Shown in pieces: positions 49,824 to 61,443 of a stretch of 64,000 nt of DNA (its first letter is position 1; every line of letters starts with the position of its first letter). The DNA comes from Macrostomum hystrix (lineage: Eukaryota > Animalia > Platyhelminthes). The stretch spans positions 11,408,001 to 11,472,000 of the forward strand of contig CATNEN010000039.1 in NCBI GenBank assembly GCA_950097015.1, given 5' to 3'. Position numbers and translations under genes: made by a program. Under the pieces are notes generated by a model. It was given only the letters and a program-made list of their open reading frames with translations. It did not search any database and was not told the origin of the DNA.

Positions 49824-52075
49824 TCACAGGCTGCTGAATGGCGTGAATTTCACTGGCGCTCCGGTCTTAAGGCTCTGCTCGCAGGCGTCAGCAAGGGCGC
49901 TGACGTTGAGCGACTCAATCGGTGTTACAGTCTGAGCATCCTTGTTTGCACCTGTGTGAGTTTCAATTATGATTATATTGGAATACTTTAGCTTTAAGTT
50001 AGACAGTTGATTGCTCATTGCTTGAGTTCACAGTAAGCTGTGAAATAGGTTTTTAGCGTTGTCTGGGGGAGAAATTAGGGATGGTGTCGCGGCCACCCCA
50101 GTCCACGGACTTAACTGTTAGCTGAACAGAGAGCCTTTAGAAGCGTCTTTGCCATCTATCCCTTTTCTCTTTTGTCCCTATATTGAGTCCCTATATTGAG
50201 AGGAAAAATACTTCGTATTGTTCTTAATTAACGCGATAGTTCTGAAATGTTCTGCTAGCAAGTAATTGTGTCAATCGTTGCAAGGCCAGCTTGCCTTGCC
50301 AAGTACAACACTATGAGATGTGTTAAAACCCGCATGGTTCATAGAAGACTTAGGCATACAATACATACTACTCAAGACTAGTAGGTATGAATTGAATTGT
50401 CCATGCAAAATGAATATAGAATCTGCGGCACAGTACCAGAAATCCTGGCCAGAAAGCATCGAATGGAGTTAATGTAGCCCTCGGCGTAGCGCTGCGGAAA
50501 TGAGTACTGAATGTTAGCGCTGGTGACGCCCGCGGCAGTTGAGGCCGTCACCGCCCGGTCTGTGACGTTGTTCGAAGCAATCATGCCGTCGCGGCCGTGC
50601 ACCTGAGCAGAATTCGCAAATTAGATGCGCAATTGAAAATAAAAGTACAAAAAAGAGCACTCCACCATGAAAGCAGAGCCCTTGCCTCGATTCTCTGGTC
50701 GTATCCGTAAGTCGAGTACCGGCTGAGCTCGATGAGTCCGATCGCGCCACTAGGAAAGGTGAGCACAATGGCCGCGGTGTCATTGTCGTCGAAATCCTTG
50801 AGGCGCTGGTCGTGGCGGGCAGCGGTGGCGAAGACGGTTGTCGGCCACTGTCCTGCCAGCCAGCAAGCCATGTCCAGGTCGTGCACCCCGCAATCGTGAA
50901 AAATGCCGCCTAAATAGAAATTACTAATTACTAATAAATTAGCGTAGGCGGTTGCGAGTGAGTGATCACACGAGCTCTGCGCGCCTGTCGCTTGTACGAG
51001 TGATACATGTATGTATCTATGTGGCAATCATTTGAGCCAGTTTTTTTTCAATGGCGCTTCTCGAATGTCTCCTTAATTAGGCCACTCGCGTGCCTTGAAA
51101 TCTCACTGAATCCCGCCACACCAGCCCTTGAGAGTCTTCGCCTATTCTCCTGTTTCATAGAATTTCTCGATTTGAGCGTTTTGAGCTCATCTTTCTCTCA
51201 GCCATTCTTCAATCTTTCCGACAATCTAAGCCTGCCAGTCTCCAGCTGATGTTCCTTCTCAGTCTTCATCGTCTGTTAGGCGGCTATGATCTTATCTAAC
51301 TTTATTGGTTTGCGAACCCTTCACGACTTCACATAAGCACGACCTGCGAGTATTGGATGCTTTGGATTAAAGTTCAGAACAGATAAATCTCAATACGTGT
51401 GCTCTCACCGCTAGTTTGAAGATACTCAATGCTGGGATAGGGACTATCCCGGCTACAGGTGCGAATCGTGTGCACCTGTCCGCATGTGACCGCGATTCGC
51501 TCCCTGAGAAGGCCGAAGCTTGGATCAAATCGCCTGCGAGTTCGGGTGAAATTAACAAGGTGAGCTCCATTTACTCGTAGATAGGCAAACTTTGAAATCA
51601 ATGCGGGAAAGAACATGGCATAAACATGACCGTAGGATTATATGATAATGACGTAGGATTACATGCCGTAGAAACCAACCTGTTAAAGCTGCAGTGCAGC
51701 TGGAGACCCTTGGCGTTGGCCAGTCTGTAGCACTCCAGCATGCCTTCAAGACTAGTAGCAATGGGCTTCTCGCAGAAAATCTGCTTGCCGCTGCTGATGC
51801 ACTTGCGAATCGCAGCTTCGTGGGTCATTGTTGGCGAGCAGATCACGCAGAATGTGACCTCTGGATCGGCGAAAGCTTCGTCCTCTTCTTCTGGAAGCAG
51901 AAACTTGGGAGCCTTTTCATCGAGGCCGCCAAGAATGACATCGGCAGCGGCGGCTGCTGCTTTCGGATCGGCATCGATGATGTACTTGATGCGCGCCAGG
52001 CGCAGCGAAGCGATGTTGCCGAAGTGGATGCGACCGGCTCGGCCTAGACCGAAGACGACGCCTGTCAACGTTACC
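49824..52075 (-). CDS. Gfo/Idh/MocA family oxidoreductase, myo-inositol 2-dehydrogenase-like (start codon in an upstream exon, not resolved)
   Basis: Rossmann motif FGLGRAG, CEKP, FN|RRFDP, SRDSPYP, GGIFHDCGVHDLD, ELSR...YGYDQRIE|VHG, SFPQRY and C-terminal ADACEQSLKTGAPV, spread over at least 5 exons. Confidence 0.88.
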
Positions 52076-53899
52076 TGAGAAGACATATTCAGTAACAAAA
52101 ATACCGGCTCAAACTAGTCTTAGTCACCTCTCCAGGTAAGAGCTGTGAGTTCGCTCAAGGCCGGTGAGCAGGTTTGTGTCTCAAAAAGCACTTCAGTTTT
52201 TTATTCTATATAGTAAATCACACCACTGCATTTTATGGAGATAATCTAAGAAACAAAACCGGTGTGATAAGACCCACCATGACATGAATGAGAGCTCCAC
52301 TTTGCTCCAATCCGTGCCATAGATAAGGCCAGGTGACAAGAACGTAGCTAGATCAAAGGTTTTCTACTGCCAAGCAACTCTTCACCTGTGACCTGCGTGC
52401 AGACTTTGCAAACCTTGGAACGATGCCATATGCTTTCAACTCTCTTTGCCGGCACATATCGATACAAAGCGACTAACATCACTCATATGCATGTTTCTTG
52501 TCTGATCCTAGCCTTTGTGAATTTGGATGCAAAAGTTTAGATCGCATCAAAGATAATATAATAACTGAATAACTGGATATATAAAATTTGTCATATTTTA
52601 TTTGGTTCGAATGAAATTGTTTTCCTAGTGTTTAGCGCTGGTATAGAATAAATATAAATTATATGAAGGTTCACGCTTGATCCTCAGGCTATTTATCAGC
52701 GGAGTCACCGTCTATGGCCAAGAAGACGCAAAAATGTCTTCTGTAGATTAACTACATTCTTCGCTTGTTTATTCTGTTGTCTATGGCAGAAAGACATCGG
52801 ACGCGATTCTCTGAAAACCGCGTCCTCGGACTTTCTCTGCCATATGAGCTGAGAGACACTTTTGCTTCCGACTCAACAGCTTTATAAAGTTTATAAACAC
52901 GATTGGTTGCGTAAACAACTCGCAGACAAATAGTCTATGGTCGAAAGGGCGGGTTTTCGTGGCAGCCAGCGAGCAGAAATTCCCGGAAGCTAAAACGGGA
53001 TGAGTGACACGTCTAGAGGATATAATCTGTGGATGCAGCTAGGCATTTTGGACGTTAAAGTTGCTCTTTACCATAGACAAATACCATAGACAAAATACGA
53101 GGTTAATGGCCAATTTCACATTTTGTTGTTAAATAAAGCTCAACTTTTATCATTCAAGACTGCGCCGTTGCATTTACACGAAGGAAGAAGACTGCCTGAA
53201 CCTGAAATGGACTTTTAACAGATGCTATCAATTCAAAAGCTCATACAGTGGAGTCTAACAGTGCAATGGGCAGTGTGTACAGGTGACACGTACTGGAGTG
53301 ATCGTTAGAAAGGCGGGATCTAAACCTAGGATTATACAACAAAGATGAAAAAGGATATCTGAATGAGCCGTGGAAGTTAATGAAAGAAAAAAGTCTCAAT
53401 TTTACTATCGGAATTTTTGTGGCCATTGTGTCGGAGAAGACTGCTTAGATCCCCATAGATACCTTCTAATTTACGAGTTAGTAATCATCGGCTATGATGC
53501 ATTTCGAAAGGCTATTGGCCCTTAACTCACATATTTCGTGTCATCGGGTTGGACTCATCGACCGATATAAAATTCCTACAAATAAGCTGAAAAGGCCGGA
53601 TATGTGCTCAGATAGCATGACTTTCAGCATTCCATTAGTCTAATGAAAGGTAAAATGGTACAAAAAGGCTTATTATAAGAGTCTCCGGCATAAATACCCC
53701 AGCTTTAGTTCCTAAAGCTGCCATGTTTTATTTTAAACAGCAAATTATTTAGTTTCAATGTGCGATTGCTGCCTTTACTTTGCAGCCTTGCATTATTAAT
53801 CGTGGATTGCATTGCCAATATTAGTTTTTATCAAATCTTCAACAAATTTTTCTATTTTAACGATTGTATCGGATGTAGTCCCTGCCCCTATTTTGATCA

Positions 53900-54072
53900 G
53901 CTGCGGCTTGTATGAACGCTCTGATTGGCTGCGGTTTGTATGAATGCTCTGATTGGCTGCGGTTTGTATGAACGCTCTGATTGGCTGCGGTTTGTATGAA
54001 CGCTCTGATTGGCTGCGGTTTGTATGAAAGTTTTTATTGGCTACGGTTTGAACAAACGTTTTGATTGGCTGC
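53900..54072. repeat. 28-bp tandem repeat (5-6 copies), each carrying a CCAAT box (ATTGG)
   Basis: Unit CTGATTGGCTGCGGTTTGTATGAACGCT. Confidence 0.85.
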
Positions 54073-54424
54073 CGTTTTCTTCAATTCGCTATTTTACTGA
54101 GAATCATCAAGTGCAAGTAACTAGCTTCTTCTGGGCTTGTGGCTCGTGGTTGCGTTGTGACAAATTTACGGTGCACAAAACATAAAAAAGGGATTATTTA
54201 TTTTTTAATAAATCTCTTGTTTGTATTGCATGAAAACCTTTTTTTAACTTGTGAGAAATCCTTATCAATGGACATGCTTTTTGTAGAGAAATCATTTCTC
54301 GACTGGCACATCGGAGATTGGTTCGAGCTAAATAAGGAAGCGCACTGGAGTTAAAAAACGTGAAGCCTTGTCGACTAATCCATATTTGATGCAAAATGGT
54401 CGCCACGTTTCTTATAACAAAATT

Positions 54425-54748
54425 AATAATAATAATTGCAGGAGGGCTTCGAGCAATGGTACATTAATTGGTAACACTAGACCCGCAGCCAGCGAGGAGG
54501 CAATTCTGCCCATTCCGCTGACTCCTGAGCACACACTCACACAGAAACTGTACGCAGGCACATGCTCACACAGGTGTTTAAATCTGTCCTGACTTTCTCA
54601 TCGTCAGACAGTGAACACTCACTGTGCCTTGGAGCTTGGCCTTCATGGTCTTGAATTGTACGACAAGCCGCAAGCCAAAGTAATGTGGCATTGCTGCGGA
54701 ATCGAGTTCAGGGACGTTGGAGCAAACGGTTTAAAACGCTCTGCCACT
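54425..54748 (-). mobile_element. SINE copy, near full length
   Basis: (TAA)n tail at the left, reversed core, and reversed head (GGAATCGAGTTC...CGCTCTGCCAC). Confidence 0.85.
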
Positions 54749-54944
54749 TTCTCACGCCAAATTTCTTGAGCAAAGATGTGGCTTCACAACATAACTTTTC
54801 GCTCAATAGCTAGCACTACAATAGTCTCAACGCAGCAGTCCTTGTGCAGTGCGAACCAGCCTTCAAAAAACTTTAGAGGGCTGGTAAACAAATAAGCGTT
54901 TTTCACAATTTATCCTCATGTTAAATTGATATTGACGTGAAGTA

Positions 54945-56510
54945 CGAGGGGTGTCCAAAAAGTAGTGATACTTTTGGCTCTAGATCTTCCCTGCATGCTT
55001 GAAATTTAATGAGTTTGGTGTCATTGGAAAGCGTAAAGTCTTATCTTAAATTTGAATGCAAATTAGAGATTAGATGTTCATTTTACAACAAGTTTCGCAA
55101 AATTACGAGGTGTGGCCAGAAAGTAAAGAGACTTTGGCTACAAAAACTTTCAGAACAAATGATTAAAAATTCAGTCAACTGCAGCCTTCAAATTAATTGC
55201 CACCACCTTCAACGCATCGCCTCAATCGCTGGTGCCAGCTCCTGATGCAGCCCTCGAAGTCACCCTTAGTGACATTTCTCAGCACCCCTGTCACTCTCTC
55301 CTTGATGGCGTCCAATTCTTCAAATCTGGATCCTTTGAGGACCTGCTTCACCTTGGGAAAGAGCCAGAAATCACACGGCGCCATATCCGGTGAATTAGGT
55401 GGTTGACTCAACTCTGCAACTCAACTCACTTGGCGTTGTCCAATCGAAGCTGTTTCTGATCGTCAGTGAGCAACTTAGGCACCATCTCCACACACACCTT
55501 CCTCATTGCTAAGATCTTCGACAAGAATGTTTCTAACTGACTCCTTGGCCATTCCCAACTCAGCAGCGATCATTCTGATGGTACTTCTTTCAAGACTGAG
55601 CAGTTTCTGCACAAACGCAAATCAATAATGTGCACTCCAAGGAAGGGCAGCGACATGCCATATTCACGGAATGGAGCATCGGAAAGAGTGTGTTGGAGAT
55701 CCACCAGGAGATGTCGGGGATCCATCGGAGATCCATCATCTGTGCAGCATTCAGGAGCTACCGCTGGATCGAAAATTTTGAGTCAGGGAGGACAAATGTG
55801 GCTGACTTGCACAGGTCAGGAAAATCATTGGCACCAGGTTCAGAAGCCTTGGCTGACCGGATTCTGGACCTACTAGAAGAAGACTGCAGGCTGACAATTT
55901 GTGAGATGGCGCATAGACTCGACACCCCGCCATCAACAATTCATCTCTGCATGACCAGCATCGACTTCGTGAAACTCTGAGTGCCCGTTGGATTCCGAAG
56001 CTCCTCACGCCTGATCTGAGACTGCAGCGCCAGCGGACATGCCAAGGCAACCTGGATCTGGTCAGTCAGTCAGTCACTGGTGACGAGTCGTAAAGCGCCA
56101 TCTGAGAGGCCATGTCCACGCCAACCGTGATCACCTGGAGCAGGAAGTTCACGTGATTCCGCCACAGGTCTACGCAGATGCGATTGATGGCTTGATCAGT
56201 CGCTGGCAAAAGTGTGTGATTTCTGGTGGTAACTTTGTTGAAAAAACTTCACCTCCTGATGATGATGATGCATGCTAATTGCGGAACTCCTGCTGACCTG
56301 TTGCGTCTTGTGGATTTCATTGTAACTCTATGGCGGACCTTGTTCTATGCTTCTAGTTGTAACTGGTTGAATAGTTCAAATTTCGTCATATTTCAGTAGT
56401 CAAATTTAAGATTAAACTTTCCGCTTTCCAATGACACAAAACTCATTGAATTTCAAGCATGTAGGGAAGATCCAGAGCCAAAATTATCTCTACGTTTTGG
56501 ACACCTCTCG
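54945..56510. mobile_element. Defective Tc1/mariner composite bounded by ~110-bp inverted termini
   Basis: TA-CGAGGGGTGTCCAAAA...TTAAATTTGA is mirrored by TCAAATTTAA...TTTTGGACACCTCTCG. Transposase fragments PPNSPDMAPCDFWLFPK (- strand) and FESGRTNVAD..RSG, RWIPKLL, RWQKCV..GGNFVEK (+ strand). Confidence 0.88.
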
Positions 56511-56851
56511 CACATTCGAGCTTAGAACCATACTTTTTTTAGAAGAAGCAAGTTTTTAATTATAAGCCATTTTCGTTATATCTGTTGCGCTAAAAATAGC
56601 TCGTTTTTACTACATGTACAAACAGGGCTATGCTTGTAACACTGAATATTTCTAATACTGCGAGTATCTACTAGCGAGTATAGCGAAGCATTTGAGTTCG
56701 GCTGAGACAATTTGTTTGATTACATTTCCGAGTATATTTTTCTTTCAGGCTTCTTTCTGCGTGTTCCGCCGGGAATAAGCAAAACTATTTAAGGGCTTTA
56801 TTTCTGTGGCCTCCAGATAAATTAATGACTGATTCGCCTTCACGCACTGCT

Positions 56852-56916
56852 GGTTCGACTCCTGACTCAGGTTCGACTCCTGACTCAGGTTCGACTCCTG
56901 ACTCAGATTCGACTCA
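56852..56916. repeat. 18-bp tandem repeat x3.5 downstream of the neuropeptide CDS
   Basis: Unit GGTTCGACTCCTGACTCA. Confidence 0.85.
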
Positions 56917-57099
56917 GAGGTTGCTAAAATTAGAGAGATGTTCTAGGTACAATAAGTATTCTCTATTTAAGAGCGATTCACTGCTCGAGATTTCAATTAC
57001 CAGGCTTTCAGGCTTCAGTTCGGAATGCTCAATTGGTGATCAGAGTGCATATATACTCTGATTTGGATTTATTCAGCGGTATTTTAAGTTATTAAGCTT

Positions 57100-58080
57100 T
57101 CACAAGGTCTCAAAGTCACTCGCTTTGAAGCTATTGTGGAATGGTCGCTTCTTGAAGTCGCCAGCTCCGAAGCTGTTACGGAACCCTCGCTTCTTGAAGT
57201 CGCCAGCTCCGAAGCTGTTACGGAACCCTCGCTTCTTGAAGTCGCCAGCTCCGAAGCTGTTACGGAACCCTCGCTTCTTGAAGTCGCCAGCTCCGAAGCT
57301 GTTTCGGAACCCTCGCTTCTTGAAGTCGCCAGCTCCAAAGCTGTTTCGGAACCCTCGCTTCTTGAAGTCGCCAGCTCCGAAGCTGTTTCGGAACCCTCGC
57401 TTCTTGAAGTCGCCAGCTCCGAAGCTGTTACGGAACCCTCGCTTCTTGAAGTCGCCAGCTCCGAAGCTGTTTCGGAACCCTCGCTTCTTGAAGTCGCCAG
57501 CTCCGAAGCTGTTACGGAACCCTCGCTTCTTGAAGTCGCCAGCTCCGAAGCTGTTTCGGAACCCTCGCTTCTTGAAGTCGCCAGCTCCAAAGCTGTTTCG
57601 GAACCCTCGCTTCTTGAAGTCGCCAGCTCCAAAGCTGTTTCGGAACCCTCGCTTCTTGAAGTCGCCAGCTCCGAAGCTGTTTCGGAACCCTCGCTTCTTG
57701 AAGTCGCCAGCTCCAAAGCTGTTTCGGAACCCTCGCTTCTTGAAGTCGCCAGCTCCGAAGCTGTTTCGGAACCCTCGCTTCTTGAAGTCGCCAGCTCCGA
57801 AGCTGTTTCGGAACCCTCGCTTCTTGAAGTCGCCAGCTCCGAAGCTGTTTCGGAACCCTCGCTTCTTGAAGTCGCCAGCTCCGAAGCTGTTACGGAACCC
57901 TCGCTTCTTGAAGTCGCCAGCTCCGAAGCTGTTGTGAAATGGTCGCTTGAGTATGCCTCTATTTTCTAAGCTATTGTTGACCGAGTCACCGCCGTCAAAG
58001 TCTTCGTCTGCTGCAGCCGCGTGAAGAACGGCCAGACAGAAAACGGCTGAAGCAATTAGCAGATTTCGCAGTTGCGGCAT
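57100..58080 (-). CDS. Neuropeptide prohormone, 326 aa, 20 KR/KKR-flanked peptides (18x GFRNSFGAGDF); possibly pedal-peptide/orcokinin-like
   Basis: Signal peptide MPQLRNLLIASAVFCLAVLHA, acidic spacer and basic cleavage sites. The 42-bp units differ only at synonymous sites in this frame (CGT/CGA, TTC/TTT). An acceptor TACAG lies just upstream of the ATG. Confidence 0.93.
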   Translation of the reverse strand: MPQLRNLLIASAVFCLAVLHAAAADEDFDGGDSVNNSLENRGILKRPFHNSFGAGDFKKRGFRNSFGAGDFKKRGFRNSFGAGDFKKRGFRNSFGAGDFKKRGFRNSFGAGDFKKRGFRNSFGAGDFKKRGFRNSFGAGDFKKRGFRNSFGAGDFKKRGFRNSFGAGDFKKRGFRNSFGAGDFKKRGFRNSFGAGDFKKRGFRNSFGAGDFKKRGFRNSFGAGDFKKRGFRNSFGAGDFKKRGFRNSFGAGDFKKRGFRNSFGAGDFKKRGFRNSFGAGDFKKRGFRNSFGAGDFKKRGFRNSFGAGDFKKRPFHNSFKASDFETL

Positions 58081-59749
58081 GGCTTCTCAATGTCGCCTGT
58101 AGATAGATAACAATTAGGCGAGTTAGGCAATGAGGGTCCGATGCTGCAATTATGGCATCTAAAACTTATTACGCAATGGCAATAGTTCCGTTACCGAGCG
58201 ATGCAACAGGAAGCAACTATCAAGTCCTCACCAACAGTCGGAGGATGTTCACGCCTTCGGAGACGCTGGCTCAAACGTGTGAAAGCCTGAAACGCGAAGA
58301 GGGGCCCGCTCTGAGAAGCTGTTTTTAGGCCTTATCTGGCCCCTGAGCTCAGCCAATCGCTTTCGACCAATTAGAAACAGGATCGGGGTGGATGGTCTTC
58401 ACGACAGCCTTGGATCGGCGTGAGAGACAAGCGGTGCATAAGTTATTCACGAGGCTGTTAGCAAAGCGAGAATACACAGACAAATAGATTCCGCTGCCAC
58501 ACGAACGCTGGCGTAAATTTTAGTTCCAACAAAGATTTTTAAATGCTTCGCTTAAATAATACATGGCCAAGTTGTTAGTACAATTTTGTCGCTTACCTGC
58601 TATTAGCGCTAGCTGATCTCGCTTGCCTCAAACTAATAAACGAATTATATATGCGCTATGGACATTGTAATGTCGCATTCCTAAAATATCCATGCTAAAA
58701 GAAATAGTCGCAGTATCCAACTTTCATCTCTGATCGATTGATCAATGTTACGAAAACTAATCTATTCATGAGCGAAAAAGCAAGTTTTTTGCGCCGAGAT
58801 TTGGGATTGTGCCGAGAAATGGTAATACCTCCGTTCTAGGCCACTGAATGGGATCTTGTCAGGGTCAAACAACAAATATTTAAGAAATAACTCGTTTGTC
58901 GGAATAATAAGAGCAACATAATTGACAAACCCTTGGGCTACCCATTACACCTACCCCATTTTGCCAGTCAACAGCACATCTGCAGCTGTGGCGCGGCGCA
59001 ACGCATCTGAAGGCTCAGTACGGCTGTTCAGTCCATGGACTGGTGGGTGCCACACCCACTCTCACTTACCTCGGTTAATGCTCGGAGACTAGGTAAAGAG
59101 AAGTTGTACAAAGTCAAGAATCGTGACACAAACTGTTCTTCGAAGCCTGACCTTCAAGTCAATCTCTAATCTCTATAGGCTAAAATCCGGACAAAGCAAA
59201 GTCAAGGCAAAGTGAAAGCTTAGATGAGTGAAATCATTGGAATATTCAAACAAATTTCTTTGATGTTTTTGCTTTTTAATGGCTATAGTTTGTGTATAGC
59301 AGCAACAAAGCTTGCAGTGATTGACAAATCCGAATAAAGGACTTCTGGCAACTGCATTACAATTCCATCTACCTTTGGGACCTAATCGATTAGCAGTGTT
59401 TTGTTTTGTCTTGTTTCGCTGTCCCTAAAAGCAAATTCTGCATGCAGAACTGCATGTCAAAAGCAGCGAAAATGTATACGACCCCACGAAGCAAGTCAGT
59501 GCGACAGGTGTTTGTCAGACGTTCACGAGAAATGCGAGACGTTTTTTCACACATTTAAAATAGCAACACAACTTACACAGCTCAACTTTGCTGCTGCAAA
59601 TCATCTTTTTTTGCAGATTTCTCTGATACAGAGAAACATTTTGATGCGTTTGCAATAGAACGATAAATACACTCGTATACAGAAATTACAAGTTTAGCCG
59701 AGAATCAAGTCCGTTTTGAAGCCCGCTGCAAAGTCACATTGAAGATGGC

Positions 59750-59946
59750 GGAGAGAAGACTTAAGGGCTAGTCGTCGTACAATATACGATGATCAGAAAG
59801 TTTGAGTAGATGTAACATACCTGTGTGAGTGTGTGCCTGCGTAAATTATCTGTGTGCGTTTTGTGCTCAGGAATTGGTAGAATTAGCTCTCGGTGGCTGC
59901 GGTTTGACTGTCGCCAAACGATGTCTCAGTGCCCGCAGCCCTCTGC
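59750..59946 (+). mobile_element. Old, degenerate SINE copy
   Basis: Remnants GTCGTACAAT, CCTGTGTGAGTGTGTGCCTGCG, GTGCTCAGGA and TGGCTGCGG...GCCCGCAGCCCTC. Confidence 0.65.
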
Positions 59947-60329
59947 TGAGACTGCGGTGGTAAAAATTGACACATTTAAAGTTTCACATTTTACAGCAAA
60001 AAGCCACTGTGCCAAAAGCTCTCTCAGTGTACCAATATCCCAACCTGTACCAACTTTGTCAATAACAGCTATTCAAAGAGAAAATTAAAAGAAAGAGCTG
60101 AATTTTATTTAGACAATCAGTTACTTATCATTTTATCAATGATCTGTCGGTACATCACGTCGATCGAGGGTGGCTGATACCAGAAGAGGTACTTTAACTA
60201 CCCAATGCCTACTTCACGAGTAGCTCCCAAACCGAGTCACCAATTTTCGTGAAAGTCCACCATGCATATGAACCAAAACATTCCGCCCTCGTCAATGAAC
60301 TATAACTTTCAAAGATGTTCGACGTCAGC

Positions 60330-61180
60330 ATTGCTGAGATATTCAACTATTCTAGTCGAAGACCCTGGTGACATGGACAAATAACATTGCCTTGTATGGA
60401 CCTCTATGGCAAATCCATATTGGTGCGAAAATGCAAAAAACTATTCAAAAAACTTTGGTGGCTGCGCCAGAAGCAACTGCAGATTTCTACACGCTGGCCT
60501 CATTGAGTCCGACGCATGTGAAGTGGGTGGAGGCGCAGTTCTGCATTTTGACGACAGAAACTCGACCTGGCTTTATGTCGACTAGCAAATTGACTGCGAC
60601 AGCGCGTTCGAGGAGCTATACATCAACCTCAAAGAGTGCGCCGCCCGCTGCTGGCGCTTCTGCAGCATTATGAAGTCTTCCGGGGCCGCTCGATCGCGAT
60701 TTACACTGACAGAACTGCCCCCTGCGGCATCATCAATGCCGGCTCCGCTAAACACCGCGGCAACACCGACTTGCAGCGTCGTGTCGCCCTGACCTGCATC
60801 CAGCAGGACATCATCATTCGAGCGCATCACGTGCCTGGCCGTTTCCAGCTGCTCGCTGACCCGCTTTCAAGGGTCCTCGACCCCAGCCCGCTGGCTAATT
60901 TTCTTATTCGCTTTTACAGCACCTGCTATGTGCCGACCAGCTTTCTTGCCTCTGCTTGCTTGAGTCCTGCCGCTGCCTCCCGCCTCATTTTTGCAGTTCC
61001 GCCTCCCGTAGTCTCGGTTCCCGGCCTCTCTGAGCCCGCCCACCGACTGCTCAGGCAATCCGACTGCAGCTACCTGGCATGCCAGCTCGCCGCCGTGTCC
61101 TGGTATTACAAAGCAAGCGGCAATACCTCCCAACGCCAGCGGTAGAGCGCTCTCGACCTGACTCTCGTCTTGACTTGTGA
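60330..61180 (+). mobile_element. Degraded DIRS/Ngaro-type retroelement (RNase H and start of tyrosine-recombinase region)
   Basis: INLKE, GRSIAIYTD, IINAGS and IIIRAHHVPG..Q.LADPLSR match the DIRS-type RNase H layout. LAAVSWYYK resembles the recombinase N-terminal helix. Frameshifted. Confidence 0.65.
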
Positions 61181-61257
61181 CTCTGTCCCAGTTCTGGGAT
61201 TTTCGGACTCATTTCGCATGCCTCTCGCCTATATTGGTGGTTTTTGCCACAAAACAA

Positions 61258-61443
61258 TCGAGAATCGTTGAATATCCCAACGATGCCCATGTGTTTGTGA
61301 TTCTGGAAGTAGTTTTATCGGATAGAGCGGAATTAGCCCGTGTTCTGCATTTTTCATGGCGATTGGTTGAATATTTTACGGGATACAGGAAAATAAAATT
61401 GTGAGTATTTGAAATGCCCCCGTGCTTTTTCTACTGTTTAATG
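61258..61443. repeat. Dispersed repeat, second copy of 18578-18757
   Basis: Colinear shared blocks in the same orientation. Confidence 0.75.

Noticed and set aside
57084-57969. Alternative-frame ORFs over the neuropeptide repeat
   Set aside because: The prohormone frame has a signal peptide, cleavage sites and purely synonymous variation. The other frames lack these features and show amino-acid changes at the variable sites.
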